Below are positions 63,801-64,000 of a stretch of 64,000 bases of DNA, piece by piece. Within the stretch, counting starts at the first letter, position 1, and every line of letters begins with the position of its first letter. This stretch comes from Batkoa obscura (taxonomy: Eukaryota): NCBI GenBank assembly GCA_030770535.1, contig JASVEC010000023.1, positions 248,001 to 312,000 of the forward strand. Reading direction: 5' to 3'. Under the pieces are notes generated by a model. It did not search any database. It was not told the DNA's origin and saw only the letters and a list, made by a program, of their open reading frames with translations. Made by a program: the position numbers and the translations under genes.

Positions 63801-64000
63801 ATCTGTTCTTATTAAAAATTGATAATAGTTTTCAAAGTTGAAAAACTAAATGAAAATGATGCTTTCATTCCTTAAATTAGCTATTTGCAGATGAACCAAT
63901 TAAAGTAAATTCAAGATTAAACTGTTAATGAATTAAGTTGAGTTGATTTAGTAATGAGAGAAGCTATTTGCTAGAATCAATTTGCCTTTTGATAGTTAAA

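Overview
Very AT-rich eukaryotic DNA with short spliceosomal introns and fungal-type genes. It is most consistent with an early-diverging fungus; this is inferred and the taxon cannot be determined from the sequence. Recognisable genes: CCT5, a CE4 chitin deacetylase, two NADP-dependent (PTGR/MDR) oxidoreductases, an ELMO-domain gene, TOP2, MDM35, a CCCH-Smr endonuclease, an SV2-like MFS transporter, a Rab escort/GDI gene, an End3-like EH protein and six tRNAs. Four things stand out. (1) Inverted-pair architecture recurs: tRNA-Ser brackets CCT5; an inverted oxidoreductase pair shares a 916-bp identical core; a tRNA-Gly-bracketed mirror locus has a 1006-bp perfect inner palindrome; a transposon end forms an 816-bp palindrome; and a head-to-head gene pair is fused by a microhomology deletion. 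Sharp identity boundaries suggest arm-to-arm gene conversion. (2) A five-copy family of small secreted beta/gamma-crystallin-like proteins has 7 of its 8 internal stops on Trp-aligned codons. (3) At least 16 copies of a ~100-bp MITE (GGG..CCC ends, AWWT TSD) occur with a decayed Sola-like DDD transposon that shares the terminus. (4) An intronless protein carries six tandem HTH units. All alignments were done by eye.
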